A DNA stretch of 63,842 nucleotides, counting the filler, from Collodictyon triciliatum (lineage: Eukaryota): NCBI GenBank assembly GCA_043381765.1. It is 6 parts of 6 records of this genome, joined end to end, with 100 filler letters (N's around TTAATTAATTAA, not from the genome) between each part and the next. Parts side by side here need not be neighbours in the genome. Positions count along the whole stretch, not along the records: positions 49,783 to 58,786 come from JBHJMP010001602.1; positions 58,887 to 62,198 come from JBHJMP010001657.1; positions 62,299 to 63,842 come from JBHJMP010001684.1; 3 more parts are not named here. One strand, 5' to 3'. Shown piece by piece: positions 52,532 through 63,842 of the stretch. A program made the translations under genes and the position numbers. A model generated the notes under the pieces. It made no database searches, was not told the DNA's origin, and saw only the letters and a program-made list of their open reading frames with translations. The first letter of the stretch is position 1. Every line of letters begins with the position of its first letter.

Positions 52532-55500
52532 GTTTAGTTTTTTGCAGTTGGATACAATATTCAACCTACATATTTCAAATGGAAATAAATCATTTATATA
52601 AGTAATAAGCAATTGAATGAATCAATAGTTCTGACCCAGTGAAAGGCTCAAAGGCTCCCGTCAAAGGACTGCGAAACGTTCTCATTACAAGGTTGTTTAA
52701 AGCAGTACTTGCCATATTAGAATTATCCCTTCAAAAGTTGTTTATTACGCCATCGAAATACACGAAACGATCATCACTTGCATATATTTACATTATGCCA
52801 TCCAAAACTGATAGCTTGTTTTTTTCTTTCTCAGTGAATTGCCGATCCGTTTTACATAATTTTATTTATAATTACATGTATAATAGTGCCCTTCCATATG
52901 TCAATAATGTGCCTCATCTGGGAAATATTATCGGATGTGTTCTATCTGCTGATGTTTATGCTCGTTTCTGTCGCCTCCGTCGGTATAATGTCCTTTATGT
53001 CTGTGGAACGGATGAATATGGAACAGCTACAGAACGCCAGGTCTCCATATCACTTGCATTAGACTTCCTTTCTTTTACCCGAGCTTCTGACCTTCAGCCA
53101 TTATTATTCACAATACAAACGAATACATTATGATACCTCGCCTATAATCTGCCTCAGAATACACCAATTGTAGTGACCCATACAAAATCACTGGAGTTTA
53201 GGCTCAAAAGGAAAATATGACTCCCCGACAAATCTGCGACAAATATAACAAAATACACACGGAGATTTATGACTGGTTTGACATCGGATTTGATCACTTC
53301 GGGCGTACATCTACTGATTACCAAACAGTATTATCTAAATTTTACATTTTATTGCTTATAATCTATGATAAAAAAGATAATTAATGCAATCTTTTACTGA
53401 ATCCGATGCAACGCAACCATTTATTGCATTTTGCAACAATCATAAGGTTTATAGTCTCACACAGGTATTTTGTAATTTTTCAATCTAGGACGTGGCTCAA
53501 GGCATTTTCCGAAAGATTCATGAACGCTCTTTGCTTAGCGAGGACACAGTGGAGCAGCTTTTTTGCTTGAAGTGCGACAAATTTCTGGCTGATAGATTTG
53601 TGGAAGGAGGTCAGAATATATATATATATATTTAAAAAAATAACTCAAAGTTCTTTCTTCCTCTTTTAAAGGTTATATCTTTGGGGTAAGCTTTTTAATA
53701 AAATGATGCATATTAGTCTGCCCTCATTGCTCATATGAAGATGCTCGTGGAGACCAATGCGACAAATGTGGAAAGCTGCTGAACCCCACAGAGCTGAAGG
53801 CTCCCAGATGTTCGGTAGATGGAACAAAACCTGAGCTTCGCACATCAAAGCATCTTTTCTTGGACCTTCCGAAAATTTCAGAAAATCTTGAAAGCTGGGT
53901 CAACCAATCATCCACAGACGGAAAGTGGGCTTCCAATTCGATTCAGGTGTTTATTTCTGCATTTAAAACCAGTATCTTCAGATCTATACAATGTTGGAAT
54001 GGTCACCAATTAAAATGTAGCGCAAATATATGGGAATGAAAACGAGCCCTCTTGAAGGTGTATTCACCGTTTATGGTGGCTTCTAGGTTACAAAGTCATG
54101 GCTTCGTGATGGTCTGAAACCGCGATGTATCACTCGCGATTTACGCTGGGGCACACCTGTTCCGTTGGAGGGATACGAGAAAAAGGTATTCACAGCTACA
54201 AATCAGCATTAATTAATGGAATGTAAGGCGAGGAGGTAATAAAGGGAGGAAATACTAACTTACTTCAGGTATTCTACGTTTGGTTTGATGCGCCGATTGG
54301 ATACATCAGTATTACTGCCAGCCTGACTGACGGTTGGAGGGATTGGTGGCTTAATGTATGTGCACCAAAATTTACATACAGTTCTATTCTAACCTTTCCC
54401 TTTGTCCTTGTTATGTATGCACTAAACTTTCTCAACCAAACAGCCTGATAACGTTGAGCTTGTCCAATTCATGGGGAAGGACAATATCCCATTTCACACA
54501 GTCATTTTTCCTTCTTCACTCATTGCCACTGGCCAGCCATGGACTATGCTCCACCACATTTCAACCACAGAGTACCTCAATTATGAGGACGGCAAATTCT
54601 CAAAGAGTCGTGGGACTGGTGTCTTTGGTATACATTGTGTAGATTTTAGCTGCTTCCACATTATTTTAATTCAACACAAGGGACTTTCCTTTCAAAAAAA
54701 AAAAACACCATTTCGATGTGGTTCATGAACTTTGAATGGACGCCAATATTGGAATTTAGGCGACCATGCAAAGGAATCAGATATCCCCAGCGAGGTATGG
54801 AGATATTATCTGCTGGTGAATCGACCTGAAAGTCAGGTACGAATGCATCCTATATTCGTAATCGTTTTATTTAATCGGGAAAGGGTAGAAGGGATGAAAG
54901 AATTGAACTGAGTGTGGTTCCATTTTACTTTCCAGGACTCCGTCTTCTCCTGGGCTGATTTGCACGCCAAACTCAACGCCGAACTATTGGCAAATCTAGG
55001 CAATTTTGTCAATCGTGGACTTAGTTTCATGGCAGCTAATTTCGAGGGCGTCATCCCGAACCCGGGTCCAATGACTGAGAAGGACATGTATGGAGCCATA
55101 CTTATATCCCCTTCAAAACGTATCATTTCTAAACTCAATTTATTTCCCCATCTTGTTCTATGAATTCAGTGATTTATTTTGCATTCGTAATATCCAGGAC
55201 ATACTATGAAAACATCAACAATGCATTCGTCAACTATGTTGAGCTGATGGAAAATGTAAAGATTAAGGATGCTCTTCGCCAGGCCATGGAAATATCACGC
55301 TTTGGAAATCAATACCTCCAAGTATGTACTCTATTTGATTGATTTTGCCATTATATTTTGAAAAAGAATATGTTGAACAGAAAGATATTTTTGATACATA
55401 AATGTTGATGGTGCNNNNNNNNNNNNNNNNNNNNNNNNNNNNNNNNNNNNNNNNNNNNNNNNNNNNNNNNNNNNNNNNNNNNNNNNNNNNNNNNNNNNNN

Positions 55501-56936
55501 NNNNNNNNNNNNNNNNNNNNNNNNNNNNNNNNNNNNNNNNNNNNNNNNNNNNNNNNNNNNNNNNNNNNNNNNNNNNNNNNNNNNNNNNNNNNNNNNNNNN
55601 NNNNNNNNNNNNNNNNNNNNNNNNNNNNNNNNNNNNNNNNNNNNNNNNNNNNNNNNNNNNNNNNNNNNNNNNNNNNNNNNNNNNNNNNNNNNNNNNNNNN
55701 NNNNNNNNNNNNNNNNNNNNNNNNNNNNNNNNNNNNNNNNNNNNNNNNNNNNNNNNNNNNNNNNNNNNNNNNNNNNNNNNNNNNNNNNNNNNNNNNNNNN
55801 NNNNNNNNNNNNNNNNNNNNNNNNNNNNNNNNNNNNNNNNNNNNNNNNNNNNNNNNNNNNNNNNNNNNNNNNNGCAGATTTCATGCTTTGATTCCACAAT
55901 ACCTTTTAGCAAACTGTACAAGTGTTCAGCAGATAAATGCAGCAATATATTACAGCTCTGAATGTTTATATATGTATTTGCTTTTATAATATCTAATGCT
56001 CGCTCTGGTTATGTTAAGGATGTTTACTGATATCCCTGGGGGCCACAAGATTGGCACACCAACTGTAATCTTCAAGAAACTCACAGACGAGGAAATTGTA
56101 TCCTATCGCAGCCGCTACTCGGGACAACAAAGTGCACAAAGCAAACCGGCCGCAGCTCCCGCCCCAGCAAAGCCTGCCAAAGGAGTTAAACCCGACCCAA
56201 ATGCATTTCCCCTCGATATACGTGTAGGCCGCATTGACTCTGTTGCTAATCACGAGCAAGCCGAGAAGCTCTACATCCTAACTGTCGACATTGGCTCCGA
56301 GAAGAGGCAAATAGTGGGTGGCTTCCGGGATAGCTACTCAGCTGAATCCTTGAAGGTAAGCCATAGCAACCATGTGGAATCGTGTCACTCCCTCCTTCCC
56401 TCTTTTCTTCTTCTTCTGTCATATGTAGTGTTTATCCATCCACTTTATCTCGCCTTATATACATAATAATGCAAGAGCCTTAATTATACTTTTTCTTTTT
56501 CATTCACCTTTTTTTCTTACTATTTTTTTCTTCCTATTCATCGTTTGATTTTCTTTGTCGCACTCACGAAACGACTTTGCCGTGGACTTTGCAGGGCACA
56601 CTCGTCTCTGTCGTCTGCAACATCAAGGCAACAAAGTTCCGCGGCGTTGACAGCCAGGGCCTTGTCTTGGTTGCCGAGGACGAGTCTGGACAGCATCTCG
56701 TGCGCCCGGAGGACAAGTATGCAGACCACGCCGTCCTGGGTTCGAGCATCCACACTCCGGACGCTGTCATCCCAGCGGCCTATGCCGTCTTTGACTTCAA
56801 GGAGTTTTTGAAGCTTGACTTTGCCACGCAGGAGGCGGGGATTGTGGCCTTCAAGGGGACGCCTCTGGCAATTAAGGGTGGCGATGCAAGTGCTGCTGTG
56901 GTGACCAACGCGAAGCCTGGCTCCAAGCTCAAGTAA
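50984..56936 (+). CDS. MARS1: Cytosolic methionyl-tRNA synthetase with N-terminal GST-like and C-terminal EMAPII/Trbp111 OB domains, multi-exon (internal N gap 55415-55873)
   Basis: [17 protein letters not shown] (HIGH), [69 protein letters not shown] (KMSKS) and LGNFVNR. C-terminal [21 protein letters not shown]-terminal ITFADIIVW (GST-C like). Confidence 0.95.
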
Positions 56937-57305
56937 TTGCAAACGGATGCGACACAGTCACGGGTTTTCTTTCTATTTTCCCTTTTCCCTTTTCCCTTTT
57001 CCTTGTTCTCCTTTTGCGCTAATGAAGTGAGTCTGAGCCTTCCCCACCCAAGGAAATAGAGGAAGAAAAAAAAATTAAAGCAAAAGAAAACAAAACATAA
57101 AAGCAAAGAATAGATATTTTGGAGCAGCATGCCACCATGGCCAGTGAGCGCCTCTGTTGGTGGTTTCTTGTCTTGATACAAACATGTAGGAAAGAAAGAA
57201 AGAAAGAAGCCACATTCACAAGCATGACCTTAATTGACCGAGGTAACATCTGCCGTATCAGTTTACTTACTTTTTTTTTCTACAACTCTTTTTTTTTTTC
57301 TTTAT

Positions 57306-58502
57306 TCATTTTATCTTGCATTCGGAAAAGATGTTTTTTTGCTCAAACATAACCCGCGTGGACGGGTCGCCCAGCCTGAGGGCGGCGCAGTAGTTTGCAT
57401 TTTTCTGCTGCTCATGGTCGATGATGGGGTGATAAAACTCGTGGGAAAAGGGGACCCACTGCTGCGGCGAGACTTTGAAGAGGACAAAGCCCAGCCGAGA
57501 CAGGAGCCGGTCCAGTCCCGCATGGCTGCTCCCGACACTTCCGAGCCTGCCTGCCATGGAGGCGAGGTGGCACTCGAACGTGAGGACCTTGACGTCCTGC
57601 AGAACTCGCGATGCCCCGCGGAGGATGCGCTCCACATTCGAGGACGGCCCGACATGCAGCAGAACGAAAGATGCATTTGTGTACAAGCCAAGCTCCTTCG
57701 CAAAGTACTGGTCCAGTGTGATGACTGGCACCCGCATGGTTTTGCCCTGCGCATGCTTCTTGTCTGCCCCGGGAGGCATCAGCCTTGCAAACGGATTGTC
57801 TGGGACATCGCGCTGAAAGACCAGGTCCAGAAGCCCAGTGCCCGGCTCGTCGGAAACAGCCTCCCCAACCAGAGTTGCGCCTTTCAAGCCTGCAAGCGCG
57901 TCTGCGTACACGGCCTGCTTGGCCGGGTAAGCGTCGAAGAGATAGAGCAGCCGATTGAACGGGAGCATCCTGCCGATGCTTCGGATCGTCTCCTTGCTTT
58001 CGGGGCCCACGCTGACAGCCACCCGCAGGGAGTTTGGAGATCCGAACTTGAGAATCGAGCCTGCGACGGCTTCCTCCAGCTTGTTGTGGAGAAGGGTTTC
58101 TGCGGCGTTGGGTGCAAAGTCTTCGCTGTAGCGCTCAAAGTGCTTCCACAGGCGGCAGTAGCACAGAGACGGCGTTTGGAGTTGGCTCGAGAAGCCGAGG
58201 CCGCGTTCGTCCTCTGCCGCATAGTGGCTCATCTGTCGGGCGATGTTGCGCACGCAGTCCGCTTCGTCCTTGACGTTTGCCCATTCGGCCTTGTGACGCT
58301 CCGGAGTGCGGCCTGGGCGGGGACTTGTTGGAAATGCCGCCGCCTGGTGATTGCTGTGATCGCCGGCAGGCTGATCGGCGCTGGTGTCTGGGCCAGTGCT
58401 TCTCGGCGCGAAAACGAGGCGGGGCAGGTTTGGGCCTTGGCTGATGAGGAAGCCGAGGATGAAGACAGCCGCCAGGTTTCGTTTGGAGTCGATCTTGACC
58501 AT
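57306..58502 (-). CDS. Intronless FkbM/Methyltransf_21-like protein with N-terminal membrane anchor
   Basis: 398-aa GC-rich ORF. N-terminal hydrophobic LAAVFILGFLI. VPVITLDQYF...ILRGASRVLQDVKVLTFECH...LLSRLGFVLF matches the FkbM C-terminal pattern, but the SAM motif is degenerate (VAVSVGP). Confidence 0.65.
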   Translation of the reverse strand: MVKIDSKRNLAAVFILGFLISQGPNLPRLVFAPRSTGPDTSADQPAGDHSNHQAAAFPTSPRPGRTPERHKAEWANVKDEADCVRNIARQMSHYAAEDERGLGFSSQLQTPSLCYCRLWKHFERYSEDFAPNAAETLLHNKLEEAVAGSILKFGSPNSLRVAVSVGPESKETIRSIGRMLPFNRLLYLFDAYPAKQAVYADALAGLKGATLVGEAVSDEPGTGLLDLVFQRDVPDNPFARLMPPGADKKHAQGKTMRVPVITLDQYFAKELGLYTNASFVLLHVGPSSNVERILRGASRVLQDVKVLTFECHLASMAGRLGSVGSSHAGLDRLLSRLGFVLFKVSPQQWVPFSHEFYHPIIDHEQQKNANYCAALRLGDPSTRVMFEQKNIFSECKIK

Positions 58503-59299
58503 GGGAAACCCGGGTCTTGGATCGGGTGGTGTGTGGGATTAGCCTGTGCGCGCATGCGTGGGTTTGTGATGTCGGTGACAGGATGGGGCAAAGGGAGTGT
58601 ATATATAAATATATTACTTTCTCTGCTATTTCTTTCTGTTTTAATGGTTTATTCCGTAGTACGTGCAACTATTCATGCAGTTTGCGCCGTATTCTATAGA
58701 CTTAAATGCGGATAAGATGAAATAAATAGAAGTAAAATAACGAAGATAGAAATGTAGATGTAAAAAAAAAAAAAAAAAAAGAAAAANNNNNNNNNNNNNN
58801 NNNNNNNNNNNNNNNNNNNNNNNNNNNNNNTTAATTAATTAANNNNNNNNNNNNNNNNNNNNNNNNNNNNNNNNNNNNNNNNNNNNCTTCTTCTTCTTCT
58901 TCTTCTTCTTCTTCTTCTTCTTCTTCTTCTTCTTCTTCTTCTTCTTCTTCTTCTTCTTCTTCCCTTCAGTGTATGAGGAGGTTATTGCATGGGTTTAATC
59001 CACGATACATACACCTCGCTCTCTCTATTGTGCGCACACTCGATGCACACTACAGCGCCGACTCGCTGCCAGGAGCATCCTGCACCATATCCAATATCAA
59101 CACGCGGCCCGATTCGACCGCTTATATCCCCACGCTTCATCCCCGCTCGACAATCATGCGGCAGTATGCAATAAACTTGCAGCCCTAAGAAAAATAAAAT
59201 AAAACAAACCCCATTTCAAAAAACACAAAAAAACACAAAAAAACACAAAAAAACACAAAAAAACAACTGAAATAATAACATCAGCAACAGACTTGCAGC

Positions 59300-60229
59300 A
59301 TGATCCACAGCGTGTTTGTCTCGACCCGAGCAGGAGATTTGATCTTTGCCCGCTACTTCGACCCGGAGCTCCAACACTCGCTGGACGAACGCGTCCGCTT
59401 CGAAGGGCGTCTTTCACAGGCGGTTTCACACATGCCTGCTGCGCTACGAGAAGAGGCGACCGCGCAGTCAAAGCCGCAAATAGCCATGATAGAGTATGTC
59501 TTGAAGCCTATTATTCGACACGGGCTATAATGTATTTGAATACCGCGCGGAGACTCCCAGAAAACCCACATCTTATTAGTAGCCTTCATGAGTCCATTTA
59601 TATATACTCTCTTTGTATCCGCCCTCTCCAGTTTTTTTTTAATTGATAATCGCATTTTCCTACCAGCGAAATCGTTGTTGTTTACGGCGGGTTGGGTGAA
59701 GTAATCGTTTATGTTTGCGGGTTCGATGAAGATGACGAGTTCTCAAGTTTGTTCACATGATTTGACATGACTGTGTTCATGGGCACTACGATTATATTTC
59801 TTGTTAAATCCGCTATTTTTGCAGTATCATGATAATTCTTTCTTTTCTTTTTTGTTTTTGTTTTTGCGTGTGTATGTGTGAGCGTGTAAATTGTTTATAA
59901 ACACTTTTTTCAATATGTCGATGGAATAGTGCTTGCCTTCTTTGTCACGTTCTGCAATATCATCCGTGAAGCATCAAAGAAAGGGCCAATCCAGGAATCC
60001 TTCTTTTACGATGGCAAGATTCACAAAAAGATTCTGATTATGCTCTCCGAGACCGTGAACGAGGCACAATTTTTAATACAGAAATAAGAGTTACATGGAG
60101 TTTACATGTATTGATACACTTTTCATCTGACAAGCTATATTCACACAGGGGATTCTGGAGACGTGTGACATCAATATCATCAAATACATGACCAAAATGA
60201 AGTTCGAGTCCGACCAAAAGAAAAAATAG
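59300..60229 (+). CDS. TSET/TPLATE complex small longin subunit TSPOON (LOLITA-like), 4 exons
   Basis: MIHSVFVSTRAGDLIFARYF, VVYGGLGEVIVYVCGFDEDDE, ILIMLSETVNEGILETCDINIIKYMTKMK. These parallel plant LOLITA motifs (VYTxLGDVxIxxVGKDEYDE; LDEIVWxGLLENTD) as I recall them. Confidence 0.75.
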
Positions 60230-61449
60230 ACACAACTGCAGCCTCACATCGCCCAGAGGCCTTTGATTAGCTTGTGCAACTAGGGTTGTGCCTGTGCAAA
60301 ACCTTCTCGCCAAGAATAGCTTTTCAACACACGAGCAGCAAAATCACCTCCTTTGTTCGCAACACAACCTTCTCCGTCCCAAAACCCCACGAGATATCAT
60401 CCACTTTTTTTCTTTCTATATTCCCTCAATTGCCTCCCCCTCTGTGTATCACAAAAGAATGAGTGCCGCATAAAATACTTCATTTTTAAAGCAAAGGAGC
60501 TTTGGTGATGCATCAGAAGACAATAGAATATGAGAGACCTCCAAACCTGACGATGACAAGCGCCCTGGATGCGTTCTGCAGTCCGAGAGGCCGACTCACA
60601 GCAGCGCTTGTCCTAATCCATGCCAACCAATATTGGAATTTTCATATGTATAATCCATCCAAATATCTCAAGTTTGGTTGACCGGTTTCCTGACAAAACC
60701 ATCTGAAAGCGATCAAAAGCAAACAGAAAACATCCTCTGATTCTCGAGTAAAAAATAAAAATAGGAAAAAATGAAAAAAATTGAAAAAAATTGAAAAAAA
60801 TTGGAAAAAATAGAGAAAAAATAAAGAAAATGAAGCGGATCTGCAGAGAGCTGGTATTCGAGTGACCTGCAGAGTTGATCGTAAAGCTTTCAGCCCAACA
60901 ACTCAACAGACCAGCGATCAAGTCGCCCGCTCGATCCCCTCATTCTCTCTTTCACCTTTGCGAAAAACCGCACAACATAAAGCCAACAGTCAAGTTTTCT
61001 AGACCGCAAGAAAGTGAAGAAGGAGAGAAAAAGTATAGAAAAAAAAAGTGACTAAAGATACTAATTACCTCAAGAAAAAAAAGAGAAAGAAAACATATTA
61101 AAGAGGTGAAAGGATATAAACAAAAAAAACAAAAAAAAAAAAGCAAAAAGGTATACAATAGGGTAAAAGAAAAATGATAAAAGCTGAGAACATAGGAAAC
61201 CTTCATTAGCAGCGGGTTCTGTTCACAGACTCTCTGTTCTTCATGGCTCGCTAATACACGCATATGTGATCCCCACATGCAGAACCCCGCGCACGTTTCA
61301 CCCGCGCCATCGCCAGACTCTCTCGAAGCTCTGCGCCTGATTTCCGCCGTCCGCCTCCGCACTGGCACACTCTGACTCTCCCACACGGTCTCGGGTTGTA
61401 GCGTGCTCTTCAGGCATCGCGCTTGCGGCGGTATCTTTTGCTGTTGGTC

Positions 61450-61585
61450 ATGAATTCAGGCGCAACAAACAAACGATTAGATCTAAACGCACTCAAGCAG
61501 CAAATATCTGCTTACCTCGATACAAACAACACTATATACTGGGACTTGCTTCGGTTAGTCTTTGAACTGGACTCTTTTTTTTTAA

Positions 61586-61635
<50 letters not shown>

Positions 61636-62198
61636 CAATAATAATGCTAAAAGAGTGATGCAAAGCCCGTTCGAAGAAATCTCTAGTGGCGATGTTTTGT
61701 ACTTTGCAGGAGATCATGAATGAAATATCTGAAATGATTCTTTCGATGCGTGCTTTTTTTTTTAAAAAAAAAAAAGGGGGGTTTACACACTAATGATTTC
61801 TATGTGTATATTCCTCTGATTTTTCACAGGAACTTCTTCAAAGCCAAAGTATCCAAACTTGAGCTAGATTACTTTGCAAACAAATACTTTGGCGACAAAG
61901 GTAGCCTTATTTCAAACGATTCCTCATGTTATCGAAACTCTTCAAAGCCAATTTCTATTTCATCCATTGCCTGTAATTATCTCTTGCTTACATGTCACAC
62001 ATCCTCTGACTACAATATTATACCATTTATATATCCCCTTGTTTTCCAATCCACTTTGATTTCCTCACATATGCCAACCACTGCACGAAATCAAGTTCAT
62101 CTCCACAACGAATTCATCCTTGGGATTCTACACAACTCGTACCACCCAACAAAGCAATCTTCTTCATCTAGTGGTAACAAACGGGCCTCCGCAAAACC
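61450..62198 (+). CDS. TADA1: SAGA subunit TADA1/Ada1 N-terminus, multi-exon, 3'-truncated
   Basis: Spliced RLDLNALKQQISAYL...YWDLLRNFFKAKVSKLELD...VHLHNEFILGILHNS matches the SAGA-Tad1 N-terminal pattern. Confidence 0.78.
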
Positions 62199-62765
62199 NN
62201 NNNNNNNNNNNNNNNNNNNNNNNNNNNNNNNNNNNNNNNNNNTTAATTAATTAANNNNNNNNNNNNNNNNNNNNNNNNNNNNNNNNNNNNNNNNNNNNAA
62301 AGAGCCGCGTTTTTTGTTTTTTTTTTATTATTAATAGAAAAAAAATAAAAAAAAAAAAAATTTGGGGTTTTTTTTTTTTTTTTTTGAAAATAAGAAACAA
62401 AAACAACAGCCAAAAAATAGTTCTCTTTTCCCTTCGGCCTGTGTGGTGATTCTATCTCAGCTTCCTGTACCCCTTTTCAAGCCTCATGGGGCTGCGCCTA
62501 AATACATTGGTTTACATATTCGCATCCACTGTCTCTCTCTTCTCTTGAAAAAACAAACAAACAATATCTGCCGATGGCTGTGACGCTCATTAATGAAGAG
62601 GCATACACTCGGACGCCAATATGGCCACCCGCTCTGTGCTTTCTTTGGCTTACCGAGTCATACGATCTCTTCTAGGGCTCATATATCTTTCTCGGACACT
62701 CTTACTCACCCTGAATTTCCAATATCCTTTCTTTTTTCTTTCTTTTTTCGTTCGGCAAGTTTCGA

Positions 62766-63490
62766 ATGGACACTGTCGCAAGAACTGTCTGCGTCACGAA
62801 CGTGGTTTCGTCGATTACAGAAGATGCCCTCCGAAAGTTTTTCAACCATGCAGGCCCAGTTGAAAGCATCACTGCTCGCGCGTAATATTCAATCAGTACC
62901 CTAAAGTGAAGCAAAAACACTTTTTCATATTTATTCAATCAATGATTATAAAATTTCTTTTTTTTTATTATTATTTTTTCAGCGTTGTACTCAAGTATGA
63001 TTTTCATTTGTAAGAAAAATACATTCTTACTGAATTATAGACTTGCGTACGAAAGCATGGTTCTTATGAACAATTAACGAATCTAGCATTATTCCTTTTT
63101 CCATCCCTTTACTTCTGTGCTTTTTTTTTTATTCCTTTTCTCGCCCTTAGGAACCCAACTGGTGACCAATCAAGCTACTTAATTGTCTTTACTAACGAAG
63201 AGGGAGTCAAGAACGCATTGATATTCGACTCTGCCAACCTCTCCGGCAGAGTCATCCGTGTGGCCCGCTACACCCCGACTCCAAACCACGGCCTGTCTCC
63301 GGCCGTGCACTCTCCACATTCCTCCTCCGAGGCTGTGGTAAAGCCGGCGCCCGTCCTTGTCCCGGGCGCCGCTACTGTTCTCACCACAGGGATCAATTAT
63401 ACAGCTTTTGCCTTGGCCCAAGGAGGCATCAACCCAAGCAAGGCTGAAGAGATCACAAGGACTATCTATGTTGGAAATCTAACACGAGCG
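62766..63490 (+). CDS. SRSF11/SREK1-like tandem-RRM splicing factor, partial
   Basis: RRM1 RTVCVTNV...LRKFFNHAGPVESI...LSGRVIRV, then NPSKAEEITRTIYVGNL, characteristic of the second RRM of the SRSF11/SREK1 family. Confidence 0.75.
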
Positions 63491-63619
63491 GTCAGTATAC
63501 AAATCGACTCGTATTATAGGAAGAAGAAAAACACCGAGAAAAAGAAATGTTATGTGGCTTTCGTAGTCCCTTAAATCAGACTGTATCTTTTTACATTTAT
63601 CGTAATTGGTTCTTTTTTC

Positions 63620-63842
63620 TTTTCTTTTCTTCTTCTTCTTTCTTTCTTCTTTTTCTTCTTCTTTTTCTTCTTCTTTTTCTTCTTCTTTTTCTTCTTTTTC
63701 TTCTTCTTTTTCTTCTTCTTTTTCTTCTTTTTCTTCTTCTTTTTCTTCTTCTTTTTCTTCTTCTTTTTCTTCTTCTTTTTCTTCTTCTTTTTCTTCTTCT
63801 TTTTCTTCTTCTTTTTCTTCTTCTTTTTCTTCTTCTTTTTCT
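63620..63842. repeat. (CTTCTTCTTTTT)n-type pyrimidine microsatellite (intronic)
   Basis: Visible directly. Similar intronic or intergenic microsatellites occur at ~32545, 34550, 40101, 42031, 44040, 45063, 52478 and 58887. Confidence 0.95.

Noticed and set aside
57234-58715. 493-aa + strand ORF
   Set aside because: Antisense to the FkbM-like gene in GC-rich DNA, with no recognisable motifs.

Overview
This is eukaryotic, intron-rich, microsatellite-rich DNA, probably from a protist: it carries a TSET/TSPOON subunit and a PHTF-like 7TM channel. The window is six contigs joined by artificial N44-TTAATTAATTAA-N44 linkers (16513, 33106, 49683, 58787, 62199), so adjacency across linkers is not biological. 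Contigs 2-6 hold ordinary spliced genes: a PqqL-like M16 peptidase, PSD2-type phosphatidylserine decarboxylase, a CNBD K+/CNG-type channel, a PHTF-like 7TM protein, PIG-Q/GPI1, MsrB, a GAF-PDE, MetRS, an FkbM-like methyltransferase, TSPOON, TADA1 and an SRSF11/SREK1-like protein. Contig 1 (1-16512) is very different. It holds a single 9.3 kb intronless ORF (3094 aa) encoding signal peptide + 19 WD40 repeats + a Cys-rich stalk with 14 tandem 93-aa units + a multi-TM domain. Its outermost WD40 repeats are close DNA copies that vary mainly at predicted ligand-face positions. The gene lies between two inverted, diverged ~1.5 kb copies of an element encoding only a LINE ORF1p-like tandem-RRM protein. 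One copy contains a 42 bp poly(A)-tailed insertion with a 16 bp TSD. This repeat-diversifying surface receptor locus is the best candidate for a novel system. Family calls come from motif recognition by eye, and exon boundaries are approximate.
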